Shown here piece by piece: positions 38,483-51,600 of a stretch of 64,000 nt of DNA. Made by a program: the position numbers and the translations under genes. Origin of the DNA: Hausera hauseri (lineage: Eukaryota); the NCBI GenBank assembly GCA_046269625.1, contig JBJURY010111096.1:1-64000 (forward strand), read 5' to 3'. The notes beneath the pieces are model-generated. The model was not told the origin of the DNA. It saw only the letters and a program-made list of their open reading frames with translations, and searched no databases. Numbering within the stretch: position 1 is the stretch's first letter; every line of letters starts with the position of its first letter.

Positions 38483-41400
38483 GGCGCTAACGTTTTCCAG
38501 TTAACGAAATCACTCCACTCGCTATAAACGTATGATCCGTTTACATTACAAAAGGATCTAATCTTGCTCTTATAATTTCTGCCCGGCCTCAAATTGCGAA
38601 TTAACACATTGTTAATTCCGGGATTACATGGAGTATAAGTTTCTTTCTGTGTAGTATAATCATACACATAAATTTGATATGCATCGGAAGTGTTACTGCC
38701 AGTCCACCGTACTCTCGTGCTATATTTTGAAATGGTAGATACTCGGTAATCGGTAGGGGTAAAACAAGCTGTGTCGCAAGGAATAGAAACAACATCAATC
38801 GTATCATAACCGATAATGTATGTTCCATAATCTATTGTTTGCGCAAACAGATTGTACGATCCCTCGCTACTCACATAAACAGAATCTCCCGTTTTTCCGT
38901 TTGACCAGGTTAAAATTGGAATATCACTTGGAGGAATAGTATCATATCCCGAAGTACCAGTTGTATCTCTTAATGTAGCAACAAGTAAAACACTATCTCC
39001 TTCACAAAATACACCTACTTGTCGAATATTTAATATCCCATTAACATAAGTAGGCTGACTACCCCCTCCACCGGTTCCCGTACCTTGTGGCATAAAAATA
39101 GTGTCCGGATTAGTTGTAAAAACAAATTTATCAACTTCAATACCATTACTTAAACTAGCTAAAATAATATGCGTGTCAGTATCATCATCATGATCTAAAT
39201 ACAAACCACCAGTGGGCAAAACCCCTCCAATCTGACCGGAATTATACCACCTCCACGTTGTATCTGTATTCACTGGCATAATGTAAACCGAAGCTGACCC
39301 TAAATTATTCCACCTTAAATTTGAAGTTACATCAATTTTTAACCAAAGACTATCTTCGGTACCAACAGTTAAATCTCTTGCACGTACCCACAAGTAATAT
39401 AGTGTATCTTGGGTAAATCCAATGTTATAACTGTTTGATGATAACATACCAGCCCCACGTAAAGTAGTTGTAAAATCAGTAAAATATTTTGTTGATCCGG
39501 AAACACTATTTGGAAAATACGTTCTTGTATGGGCGTGACGATAATAAGGCGCTCCCGGTAAATCATAATTCTCAAACTCTGTATAAATATCTTTATTCCA
39601 TCGTTCCGGGTGAGTGCGTTCGTGCCATTCATCTAAATAAATAACCGTTGCCGAATCTGTATTAAATAGATACGTACTGCCCTGCTCTCTTGTTTTAAAA
39701 ACATAATTAGTAGCTCCAATCTTTACTTTGGCAAGTTTTGTTTCTTCAATTTGACCTTTTTGATTTGATTGAGGCTGCAGCGTGGTAGATAACACGTATT
39801 CATTTCTGCCCGAGCTGTCCTTCTTACAAACGGTAAACACTCTTGGATCTCCGGACCATAATGAAAGACCATCGAATGTTGTGGTTTTTGTTGGATCAGC
39901 ATAAGTATCTGAAATGTAGTTGCCGAACATACATAATGTATCAGCTCTCCCAGCAACCGCATGAGCATAACTTGGAATAACAAATTGCCAAGTATAACCC
40001 TTGGGATGTGGAGGGGGATTTGATGTGCTGTATGAAGATTGATCGTTGAAGAAACCTACATGATAAAAATCAACTCCGACTAAATGCAAAGCTTTTGTTA
40101 ACCCAAGCCATCTACCCGGGCGCATATTTAACTCCTCATTTTTATTCCATCCCGGAGCGATAAATGGTGCAGAAACTTTATCCCCCTGCTGAATTTCATT
40201 ATACCTTGATTCAATCATTGGCTGTAATCCATGCCACGCAGAGTTCCATGTTTTCCAGTTGTACGGATAACGTGGATAGAAATCTGATGTGCTATACTTT
40301 CTCCCTTTAAAATTGTACTGAACAGCTTTGTAGGTTGACCAATTAATTTGGTAGTAATTTCTTCCGTTGGTACTATCCCAAGCCCCTACATTATATTGTA
40401 GAAATGCAGCTCCAGGGAGTACGGACATGAATGTATCGCGATAATTACCTACAAATGTTGCATATTTTGATCCAAGATAAGCACGTTGATTTGGCTGCCC
40501 ACTCAATCCATAACTTGTGACCACTGCCGGATCTAACATTAGTGTACTGCTACTTATCAATGGCAGTGCTTCGTCATTTTCAGAAACAAAATCAATTGTA
40601 CTTGGGCTCATCGCATTTAAAATAGAAGTCATTTTTGATTTTGTCGTTACGCCTTCCGTATTTAAAATTGGAGTTGGCGGTGCTGCCGGTGATAATACCT
40701 TGCTCGTAGTAACACTGCCATTTTTATCTATGTATTGATTTGAACTATTACGCAAATAGTAATTGGGTGCTAATGATTGGCTTTTGATATTACCGGGCAA
40801 CTGACTTAACAGCGTAATGACAGAAGTATGCCATCCCGGATTTCTTTTAGCAACTCTACACCACTTTCCATCAAATTTAGTAGTATCAGTATAATAGCTT
40901 GTGTTGGTCAGTGTTACATTGGTAGCAGTTAAAAAGCTGTACTTATATTTAGAAAACAATTTAATCTGCAAATCCGCTGATGTTTCAACTGGATTTGCAA
41001 TATCAGTTTGAAATAGTCCTCCATAATAATCGGGCGCTCCCCAGTTAATTAATCTACTCAATGCACTGTCCAAGACATATCGTGGATGATGCATAGTTGT
41101 TAATTGAGTTAATGCGCTATTTGAACAATTCTTACTTGATGTAGATCCCAAAACATATCCATAAGGAAAATCTAACGTATCAAGCGGAGCTGTTAATTGC
41201 GGAGTGGAAGGAACCGAACTAGCATTAGCGGTATTGTAATGATCCCCGGCTATAAAATCTTGGTAATTTTTATAAATCTGCGAAGCCGATAGTGTACTGG
41301 TATAAATCGCAATTTCATCTAAATACCCCGAATACTGTGTATAGTTTACGGTAGTATTTAAGTACAACCTTTGATCTGCGTTGGCTGTAATAGATCCGGT

Positions 41401-41967
41401 TGCTCCGGTACTCTCACCTACTTTCAATCCATCAATGTAGATTTGTTTTACGCCACTTCCCGGATTGAGCGTGAACGCAAGATGATGCCATGCACTATCC
41501 AACAGCCAGCTTAACGATCCGCGATTTACTCCATTAAATAAATAGGTTTGCGTATGGCTAACATTATTCACTCTTGTTTCAAAGGATAAGTAATAATCAA
41601 ACGTAGTTCCATAGGGTATTCCAAATTTAGCTGCGATATTCCCATGAAAGAATAATTGGTTATCTCTTCCATATAAAAAATAATGCCCTGGTTTAAAGAG
41701 CATTTGAATGGTGTACCCGGAAACCGGTGTAACGCTACCCCCGGTTATTCGACCATAGGTACTTCCAGTTTTATCAGAGAGATCTAGGCAGTTACCAACC
41801 TTCCCCGGCACAATTGCATAGGCATTGCTGGTGCTCAGATTTCCCGATCCCACTCTTGGCGATAAGGGATTTGTCTGATCAAAATCATAGTATAATGATG
41901 GTGGCGTTTGGGCGTATCCGTAAAAACTGATAAGCGTCAATAATAGTAGTGTGAGTTTTTTTATCAT
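38479..41967 (-). CDS. large signal-peptide protein: LamG/ConA domain, glycan-active-like core, Ig and FN3 domains
   Basis: MIKKLTLLLLTLISFYGYAQ; WHHLAFT..IYIDG..GYLDEIAIY..LSASQI; FCEGDSVLL..WSNG; C-terminal FN3 (NLRPGRNY..IRSFC..SEWS). Confidence 0.7.
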   Translation of the reverse strand: MIKKLTLLLLTLISFYGYAQTPPSLYYDFDQTNPLSPRVGSGNLSTSNAYAIVPGKVGNCLDLSDKTGSTYGRITGGSVTPVSGYTIQMLFKPGHYFLYGRDNQLFFHGNIAAKFGIPYGTTFDYYLSFETRVNNVSHTQTYLFNGVNRGSLSWLLDSAWHHLAFTLNPGSGVKQIYIDGLKVGESTGATGSITANADQRLYLNTTVNYTQYSGYLDEIAIYTSTLSASQIYKNYQDFIAGDHYNTANASSVPSTPQLTAPLDTLDFPYGYVLGSTSSKNCSNSALTQLTTMHHPRYVLDSALSRLINWGAPDYYGGLFQTDIANPVETSADLQIKLFSKYKYSFLTATNVTLTNTSYYTDTTKFDGKWCRVAKRNPGWHTSVITLLSQLPGNIKSQSLAPNYYLRNSSNQYIDKNGSVTTSKVLSPAAPPTPILNTEGVTTKSKMTSILNAMSPSTIDFVSENDEALPLISSSTLMLDPAVVTSYGLSGQPNQRAYLGSKYATFVGNYRDTFMSVLPGAAFLQYNVGAWDSTNGRNYYQINWSTYKAVQYNFKGRKYSTSDFYPRYPYNWKTWNSAWHGLQPMIESRYNEIQQGDKVSAPFIAPGWNKNEELNMRPGRWLGLTKALHLVGVDFYHVGFFNDQSSYSTSNPPPHPKGYTWQFVIPSYAHAVAGRADTLCMFGNYISDTYADPTKTTTFDGLSLWSGDPRVFTVCKKDSSGRNEYVLSTTLQPQSNQKGQIEETKLAKVKIGATNYVFKTREQGSTYLFNTDSATVIYLDEWHERTHPERWNKDIYTEFENYDLPGAPYYRHAHTRTYFPNSVSGSTKYFTDFTTTLRGAGMLSSNSYNIGFTQDTLYYLWVRARDLTVGTEDSLWLKIDVTSNLRWNNLGSASVYIMPVNTDTTWRWYNSGQIGGVLPTGGLYLDHDDDTDTHIILASLSNGIEVDKFVFTTNPDTIFMPQGTGTGGGGSQPTYVNGILNIRQVGVFCEGDSVLLVATLRDTTGTSGYDTIPPSDIPILTWSNGKTGDSVYVSSEGSYNLFAQTIDYGTYIIGYDTIDVVSIPCDTACFTPTDYRVSTISKYSTRVRWTGSNTSDAYQIYVYDYTTQKETYTPCNPGINNVLIRNLRPGRNYKSKIRSFCNVNGSYVYSEWSDFVNWKTLAP

Positions 41968-42608
41968 GATAATCGTTCTAGTGATTTTTTGAAGCTAATT
42001 GCCGAATAAACAACAGCTCCAGCCGTAGTAATTACAACTGGACCGCTGCCTTCTGTAAAAGAAAGTGTTTTAGATTCATAAACTTGTGTTGTTTTGCCAT
42101 TATATGAAGTCATATTTAAATTAATAATATCTCCAGACCCGGGTTGAATATTTGTAGTTATTTCATCAAGCTGTATGCCCTTTGTGTAATATGCCATAGG
42201 AGTATCGATTGGATCTGTATCACCATAATCTTGCGAATCTGCCACTTCAATTTTGTTGTTGTCTAAAACCGAAACAATTTTAAAAATACGATTAGATGTA
42301 TCAATAATATAGTCAATCTGAGAAACATTAGCATTGCCTTCATTTCCGGAAACCCACATTGGTTGATCTTGACCTTGACCATTAGCAAGACCATTGGGCG
42401 GATTGCCTTTTAAAATTTCGTCTATTGCATTTCCATCAGCATTATCGCATACAAGAAAATATTTATTTGGTCCCGCCCCCGAATTGTCAATGATACTTAC
42501 CTTCCAGTTGGTACCGCTTAATGTAAAACTATATCCAACACCTGCGATGTAAGCGTTAGCAGGATCTATTGGATAGCCCCCGTTTTGATTAATGTTAATT
42601 AGTGCCAT
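41964..42608 (-). CDS. hypothetical, probably structural protein
   Basis: G/N/D-rich beta protein between the giant protein and the fibre genes. Confidence 0.5.
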   Translation of the reverse strand: MALININQNGGYPIDPANAYIAGVGYSFTLSGTNWKVSIIDNSGAGPNKYFLVCDNADGNAIDEILKGNPPNGLANGQGQDQPMWVSGNEGNANVSQIDYIIDTSNRIFKIVSVLDNNKIEVADSQDYGDTDPIDTPMAYYTKGIQLDEITTNIQPGSGDIINLNMTSYNGKTTQVYESKTLSFTEGSGPVVITTAGAVVYSAISFKKSLERLS

Positions 42609-42609
42609 T

Positions 42610-45600
42610 TTATAAGTTTATATTAATGTTATACATGATTTTCATTCTCTTTTCCAGTTCAGTAAACTCGATAGCATCAATTGTTTTCAGCGCTGCGTTC
42701 TCTGTTTCGATTTTTATCCAGTCGTGAACCGTTTTTAATTTATTGGCTAATTTATTACTTTTTTCTTCCCTTATAAACCGGGAGAGCTCTTTTTTTGTAG
42801 CAGTTATCTGTTTAAAGATTTCTTGTGTCGGCTCTCGATCGAGCTTCTTGTCACCAGTAGGCTCAAATTTGTTCACCGCTTCCACAATATTGTAGATTTG
42901 AACGCTCAAATCCACCGGAAACTCTTCATCCAATTCTAAGATAGCTAATTGTAAATTAGTGTCTTGCACCAATCCTAGCAAGTCTTTTAGATCCTCATTG
43001 ATTTTGTGCTTTATAATGACCTTTGTTACATCGCGCTGCCACAATTGAAGTTCAAGCTTCGATGGCCTGGCGCTCAACATATCTTGATTCTTGGGATTTG
43101 TAATAGCGTTATACTCCAATCTTGTATCAGCCGATTTGTTGTAAAATTCATTGAATGATTCACCTCTAAAGATTAGCTCTTTTCGGGCCATGTTCATTAC
43201 GTTGAATTTCTCCCAATCACCATTCATCGCCAGCTCCGACATAGAATAAACGCCTCGACCTAACAATCCCCGGGTTAAAAACTCGATCTGTTTTGGTGAA
43301 ATATTATACCCTATTCTGTTAAGATCCTGGCTCAAACTGATAGCTTGTGGAGGCGTTAATGCATCGTATCGCATTGGATAAGGTACATTGTCCATGTAAG
43401 CCGGAGTAATAGATCCCACGAACGGATAAGTACGTAGATTCAACGCAGTTTGAAGGCCGGTAGCCGCAATTGTTGGCAACCATGAGAATCCACCCCGGAT
43501 CACTCCACCAGCTCCGCTGCCATACGGACTTTTCGTAATGGCTAAAGAATATGGATTGTATTCATCGGGTATCACTTTCGCCATAATTTCAACATATCGC
43601 TCCGGGCTTATATCTGCAGCCGAGAGGTAATTCATTGTTGCCAATGCTGCTGTGCCAGTAATGGCTCCTACCTGGTCCGGAATACGGATCTGAACAAAGC
43701 CTTTAGCATTGTCCGGGTAGAAAGGAATTATCTTTTTGGGTAAAATAAGATTTTGTGACAGTGTTCGCGCATCCAAATTTATCGCCATCTTCTTCTCTTC
43801 ATCATCCATCAATCCCCACGAATAGATCCAATAAGCAATTGTAGCGGTTGTAAGTCCTCCAATTACTGCTGCGGTACGTGTACGACCTTCCTCGGTATTT
43901 AGGTTCTTAGCCCACGTTCCAAGCGCATTAATCATTGCTCGTTTGTAAATAATCAAAGAAAGGTATTTGTTCCAGCCTACGCTTGATCCTCTTCTTAAAA
44001 AGTTAGTAGATGCCTCACCGGCCATACGCATTTTAACAACATCGGATTTGCCCATGCTTTCAGCTTTAACCCATTCGTTCAATCGACCAGCAATCTCTGT
44101 TATGTCAGTACCAAGCTTTAAGAATTCACCTAAAGTTGGGATTGCATTATCAACCACTGCAGATTTCGCCTTTCTGATAAATCCGGAATCCTTACGTGCG
44201 CCAATAGCCCTCTCCAAAATTTCAATCGGATCAGTTTCATTTAAACTACCTAAAAACGTTTGATCAGCCCCCATCACACTCAAATAATTATTGATCGCTT
44301 CAAAATCATCCATCACTGGCGGCCTGCCTAATTTCTTTTCAAGATGATCAAAAATCACACTCCGCATAGCAATAGCTTCGTTGGTCAAATCGACTACTCC
44401 CATTAAGATTGATTCCACTGCCATAGATCCGGCAGTTGCCATCGGGTTATGACCTAATTCACGCAGCTTCTTATATTTTAATGCTTGGCCTTTTGCAATT
44501 TCTTTACCCAACAAGGTAAGGTTCTTCACATCACCCACAACAGCCATGTTCGCAGCTTTCTTGCCAATGCCACCCTTCATTTTAGCTTTGCTATTTTGAA
44601 GGCGTGTAATTAAGTCCACCGTATAGTTTAAGGCAACCCATACTGGATAAATTGCAGTGGTGCTATATTGCAACCATCTTGCTCCGGTATGGAAGAAATC
44701 ATAAATAAAATCCTTGGCTGCATTAGCACTCTTTTGCGCTGCAGCCCACTGATTGTTCATTATGTTATTGTAGAAAGTCATAATGGCCGGATCAGTAATT
44801 TCATACATCACCCTTTTACCATTACGATAAAACTCAATCGTATTGTTGACTTGCTTTTTTTGTGGGAAAACTCTTTTTATAGTTTTCACCTTAGTCACCG
44901 GATCTATTTCGCTTACGATAGAACCTTCCACCTCTCTGAAATTTCTCGCAATGTATGTACCTGGATTGGCAAGCGCCATGTTTGCAAGGTTATTCCAAAT
45001 CATATTTTCATACCCCTTCTTAAACACCTCTTGAACAAAAAACATTTGACCAACCATAGGATCGACAATTGTTTTTGCACTTCCCTTGTATTGCATGAAT
45101 GCTCCAATTTTTAACTTGGATGCGTTAGGATGCTGATTAAAAATTGATTCACTATCTTCATAAACCTCCTGCTCCACAAATCTCATGAAACGGGCATAAC
45201 CAAACGTATTCAAATAATCCTTTGCTTGTTCTACTCGTAACCTTCCAGTTGCCACAGCCATTAATATCATGTCACGATTAATCTCATCGTACATTTCCAT
45301 TGGTTTTTTAAAGATATTCTCAAACATCGTATATACTTCGGCAGTATATGTTTCAGTTCGTGGAGTAGAACCTTCATCCGGATCATAGCTTTTAACTACC
45401 TGCAAAGGATTTTGATTATTATCTAATAAAATGACTGTATCAAGTCCTTTTTCTACAATTTCTTTAATGTTCCACGTTGTATTAAGATTATGAATAGCGT
45501 TCTCCCATAAAACTTCAAACATACGCACACTACCACCTTCATTCTTCATACGATTATTAATAGTAATCATATTTAAAGCATGGTCAAAAAGTTGCCTTCT

Positions 45601-48600
45601 TGTATCACGATACGATTCCATCATCCCCGGCATTTGAGGATCTTTAGGATCAGTTAATCTTATATCATATAATTTATTAAGCAATTGTGCTGCAAGTGTT
45701 TCATATTTTCCTTGCGAATGTTTGAAATCTTCGTATTGTGCGTAAAATCTTCTAGCAACTAAAAAATTACTAAACTCATAATTAATCGGGCGATTGTAAT
45801 CACGAATAGTTTGATACCCCTTGTCTGTTTTAGTTAAATCTTGCGCCTCTCTTCCAATTTTATCCACTTCATCCATCACTTGTTTGATAGTGTATTTTAT
45901 TGGAGTAAAGTTATTCCCGGATGCGAACCTGACCGCTTGCGCCCCAATAGCATTGCTAAGTAATGTTGATTCGTGACCTCCAATCACCGCTGCTGCTTGA
46001 TTTGCCCTCTGCCTCCACAAATAGTACGCATTATAAACACTATATTTTGCGTTAGAATTAGGATCAGAAATAACGTCTTGCCCGTATTCTTTATCTAATT
46101 TTTCTGCAAATGCAGCTTCATCAAATAGTGGTACTATTACTTTTTCATGAAACCAGTTCCAGCTAAAAGGTCGATCATATCCTGGCGCTTCTTCTGCATA
46201 TTGATCCCTCCTTTCAAACATCACATTCGTCATTAACTTACCGGCTGGATCTAAGCTCTCATACCTTCCAAGCATTTTTAAAAATTCATCTTGAAGCGCA
46301 TTAATGGCATCGTTATTAAACGGACCACCCGGAGTTAGTACTTTACTTGTAATTCCATAATTCCAAATATCGGGCGTGTTCAATGATCGTTCCATGATAC
46401 AAGCTAATGCTTCGGAAACAGTGGTACGCATATTTTTTAAAGCCGAACCCGGATTACCATAATAATTTGAAACAATATCCTTCATTTCTTGAATATCTTG
46501 CGCGGTTGCATTTTGCAAGATTTGATCTACCATAGTAAGCCCCATTGCATTTGCATTTTTGGATGAAAGGGTAGCCCAATGCATACCTTCGTGTATTGCA
46601 GTAAACACATTTAATGAAGTCTGCATACGAATAGATTCACTAGCTCCATAATACATTCCCAAATAACGCCTCTTCAAATGACTAATATTGGCAGTAGGAA
46701 CTCCAGCTTTGCGCAATGCATCAATAACCTCTTGACCAAAGTTTATTGGCGCAGCTTTACCAAATAACCACTGTTTCCATCTTGGTATTTGTTTTCCTGG
46801 ATCGGGGTTAACGTCTAACTTGTTAAGTTTATCGTGCCTATCGAAAAATGGACTTTCAACTACTGCTTGCTCAATGGTATAATCACCACTCCCCGCTGTT
46901 TTACTTTCCGGATATAACGTTAATGCTTCCGGCAATGATGTTGGTCCGCCGGGAAGAAATTTAATAAGATGCTTTTCTATTGTATCAATAGTGTTTTCAG
47001 CTTCTTTTACAGAATTAAACTCTCCAATGATCCTGTTTTCAGCGTATGCTAAAAATGTTTTTCTTCGATTTGACATTGGGCCTCTCAATAACCCATTCGT
47101 TATCTTAACTGTTATCCCGTTTATTGTTTTTTGTGATATTGGATGCCACCAGTTAAAAGGTAATTGACGCACATCGTTATTGGTTCTGCCAATTAATTTG
47201 TCAGAACCAATAGTAAAGTTATTCTGTAATTCATTTTCTAACTCCGCAGCTTGAGATGGCGTTAACAGTCCAGGACTTTCTTTTGTGCTTCTTGCTGGTA
47301 AATCTTCAAATGGAGATTCAACAGCGGTTTCATCCGTATCTATATCAATATCCGATTCCTCTCCTTGACCAAACTCTAATTCAGCATCCCACATTGCAGC
47401 TTCAATTTCAGATGGATCCTCGCCAACTTGAATAGTTCTTACAACTTTTCTTTTATTATCCCAAACATATTTCTTCTTATCATCAGCAGCCGATCCTTCA
47501 ATCCACATTAAAAGCATCCTTGTCGGAGATTTAGAATTGCGCCTGCTGAAACGATGAATTAACTGATCCATCATATCACCGGCCCAGGGAGGACTAACAA
47601 TCAAAACATCCCTACGAGCATCACCAACCTGGTCATCAAGATCAATACCGGTTCCACCAGTATCGGGAGTTAAAATAGTAACCCTTTTCTTACCGGATTG
47701 GAAATCTTTTACATTTTGCTCAATCGGATTTTTACCATATATTAAAGCAATTTCATCTCTCGTAATTCCAATTTTTTCAAATTGTTTAATTAATTCTTCT
47801 GCAATAGATGGGTGCAATGCTTCAGTGCTATTATATACGCCACTAACTGAAAGTTTATTCCAAAATGGTATTACAATAGCAACTTGGCGGCCTTGATTTA
47901 AACTGAATTTAGCTTGATTTACAACTGCCTCTGCTTTATAAATGGTGGAAAATCGCTGCTGCTGACCAACACGAGCCATGCCATTCTTAATATTTTCATT
48001 TATACTTTCCTGCCCGGCATAATAATCAGGCAAGCCAGGGATGGTAGCTGGCATTATAGTCACCTCTTCGATGCTTCCAAAATAAGGGAACTCCCTTCTT
48101 AAAAATGCACCTTCTTGCATCAGCTTTTTCCTTTTATATTGAATAGCTGCTTTTACTCGATCCCATGTAGCTCCCTTTTTAAGCTTCATGTCCATTGCCA
48201 TATCACCAGTATTCTTATTAACTTGAATGTTAACATCAATACCAAGATCCCATGCAACACTTCTAATTTTGTCCTCAATAGCCTTACCAGGTCGAGCATC
48301 GATCAATGGAGCCATCCAATAAAGTACAGTTGTAATTTTATCGTTAGGCGTAGCAGTTGCAAAAACAGTATTATCAGATAGTGAATTGGCATACTTAAAC
48401 CCTACAGATGCCCGAGAAGATTTGTCGAGGTTCTTTAAAGCATGACTTTCATCGAATATGATTATCGAATATGGCTTTTCTTCCATATCATCCACCTTTT
48501 CGGGTTTCCTCAATCCAATTTTTTTATTGGTCATATCGCCATAATGACCAATAAAAACCTTAACATTCTTATCATTTACATTTTCCTTTTGAATAGAAAT

Positions 48601-51600
48601 TATATCCGGATCAAGACCTAATGCAGCAGCTTCTTTCTTGAATTGAGGTAAAATGTTTTTATTAAGAGTATAAATAATTGCTGGCTTACCAGTACGATTA
48701 GCCATTTCAATTGCTGCAATCAATTCGGTTCTCGTCTTTCCTACACCTGGTCCATCAGCCAGTACAAATGCTTTAGATTGATATAATCCACCAGCAAACG
48801 GAGGATCATACGAAACTTCACCATCCATAACTGCCTTTTTAAAGCGTTCAGCTACTTCTATCCACTTCTTTTCCTTCTCAATAGCTGCTTGCGGACTACC
48901 GGTTTTTCTTCGCGTATCTTTATTCTTTGCTTGCTCTTTTAAATCTGCAATTCGTTCATTGTGCGATTTTATTATTTGATCCCCAATTGCCAATAAAAAA
49001 TCTTTCTCTGATTTTGGCTGATCTATTTTATTCCATTCTAAATCGTTCCAATAATGATACATTCCAGCATTTAACTCCCATTGCCAACCATACGCACTAA
49101 CACCAGGAGGCCATCCCGGACTGGTAAATAGTTTTTCAAATTTCTCTTTATCACTCATAACAATGTGCTGCGGATCTGCAAACACACTAATGTCTAAAGA
49201 AGTGATCCAATCTGTACCCCAAATTACTGGCTTGCTTTTTTGGCGTGTATTACCATCCTTACCTAAAAATCTTTGTAGGATCATATTTACAGCATACACT
49301 TGATCTTCGCCAAGAGCATATTTATCATTTTCAATGATCTGCTCCGGTACCAAAAGATCTTCACGATTAACCCATACCATCGGAGGCCGGGTTAAAATCA
49401 GCTTCTTGATATTCTTATACCAATTGATAGCTTCATCGCTTGCAGCCCAGGAATTGTATGTAATAATTACCTTGCCAGCATAACGGATTTCCGGGCCTTC
49501 CTCACCTAAATGTAATTCATATTGCCAAGCTTTATCGGGATATTTATACTCAAACCAATCGGCAAAATCTGCATAATGCTGACGAAGTGTTAACGGCCTC
49601 CCTTCATTTTTGATTTCTTCCGGAGTTTTATCATCAATAACCTCTGCTGTTTTTGTATTAGCAGTAAATGATTTGATCAACTCGTCAATATCTAATCCTT
49701 CAACCATTTCGGGGGTTGAGTATTGAGATTGAACACCTGGATCTAAATCAAAATAAGCATCAATGTATTCAATTCCTATGTTTGGCGCTGCTTCTTTTAA
49801 TGCATCGACTGAACCCAGTTGATTGAACGCATAAAACAATACCTCTTCGTATGTTTTAAATCCACTATCAATAGCTTGGCTTACCAAACTTTTCGGATCA
49901 GTATCACTTGGATTAGAAACATTGTTGGGCGCTGCTCCGGTTGGATTTTTAGTGTTTAAAACATGAATTTGAGAACCTTGAACAAATACAAAGTCATTGG
50001 TATTTCCAAGTGGAGAGTAATAGTTGGAAATCATCTTTAAGCTTTCCATGTGATTCAATGGCATAAAATTGGTCACTGGAATAATCTTGATCGCTTCGGG
50101 ATTAGCTGCAATAGCCATCCTTACAGCCGGATCAATAATGCTCTTTCCATAAATCACTCCAACTACTTTTGCTCGAGCATCAGCTAGTACAAATCCAAAT
50201 TTAGGAGCTGCTCCAGCATGAAGGCCCATGACAAATTGTGCAGCATCTTCAATTGAATCAAGAGTTATAGATTTCTTCAATCCTGCATCACTAAATATTC
50301 GTGGAGAAACAGAGTATGTTTTTATCTCTGATGGATTATCTGTTATCGGTTTGTATTTTTCTTGACCACCCTGGCCACTAAACTTCATTACTTCCGGAAC
50401 AGTACTATAATCAACAAGACTATTGGTATAATAATTTGAACGATATGAAGTAAATGATCCACTGTTTAAGTCAATAATGATCCCATCATGTACTTCGATT
50501 CCAGTATTCTCCGCAAGTGTTCTTAAAGTAATATCAGTTTTCATATCAGCTTGCGAATATTGTAAATTACCGCTTGGATGATTATGAACATGCCACAATC
50601 TTACAGCTCCAAATTGTTTCGCAATATTGAAAATGTTTTTTGTATCTACCGGGGTCATTATCGAATTACCACTTCCGGCATGAAGTACAATTTGTTTTCC
50701 TTGTGCATTTTGCATTAAAACAAAGAAATGCTCCAAAGATTCATTCTCTAGGCTTCTAAAAATGTTAGCTACGTCAGCATTAGATGAAGCACTTTCTTTC
50801 CCTCCAAAAAACTTCCAGTCACCACTCTTTTTAGCTACAACGGTAGAGCGTTGAAATTCATTATCTACCGGGTTGCGCCCTAAAGCAGTTGACATGGCCT
50901 TGTAGGCAATCGTGTCGCCATCGGTTTTAGCAACTTTTATACCTTCATGAAACTGAAAGTTTTCATGCTGTTCCAACATATTCTTATCTTGATCCGTTGC
51001 AGCTCCGGTATATCCCATTGTTTTGAACTTAAATGGATTAAAAAACAATCCATTCTGATCGTGGAACATATACATATCACCCTTCTCGGTGAATACCTTG
51101 CTAACTTTTACTTCCGGAAATTCCAGCTTTAATTTTTCAAGATTTTCTGCTGAAACAACGGATGCTTGCGCCATGCCGGTCAATTCACTAAATCCATATT
51201 GCAAAGCTTTATTGGCTAAACTCTCTGCCGGATAGGGCTTGCTAGGATCGTATGAATATTTGTTGTCAATAGTGGCTCCTAATTGATTATTTAAGGCAAA
51301 CGATTCCAGCCTTCCATGTTCAACAAGATTGGCTGGTACTACGCTTTCTTTGTGGGGGATTTCGCTTGGGGTGTTTTCGACTTTGTTGTTATCATCCCCC
51401 TCTCCTTTACTATCTTCCGCTTTGCGGATTTGAGTAATTCCTGCGATGTCTTTTTCATGTGCTTCTACATTAAAGGTTTGTTTAATTGCTTTTTCAATTG
51501 ATAATCCTGGTGTTGGTTCGGGATTCATCAAATCCGCTGGCTTGTCTTTTACAAGACTAGCATACGTTTTCATTAAAGGTTTTAATTCGCCTTGCTTCTT

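Noticed and set aside
47340-47360. DIDID as an RNA polymerase catalytic motif in the giant protein
   Set aside because: It lies in a low-complexity acidic linker after the helicase, without RNAP context.
48780-49270. Intein in the helicase
   Set aside because: No Cys/Ser start block, no His-Asn end and no LAGLIDADG motif.
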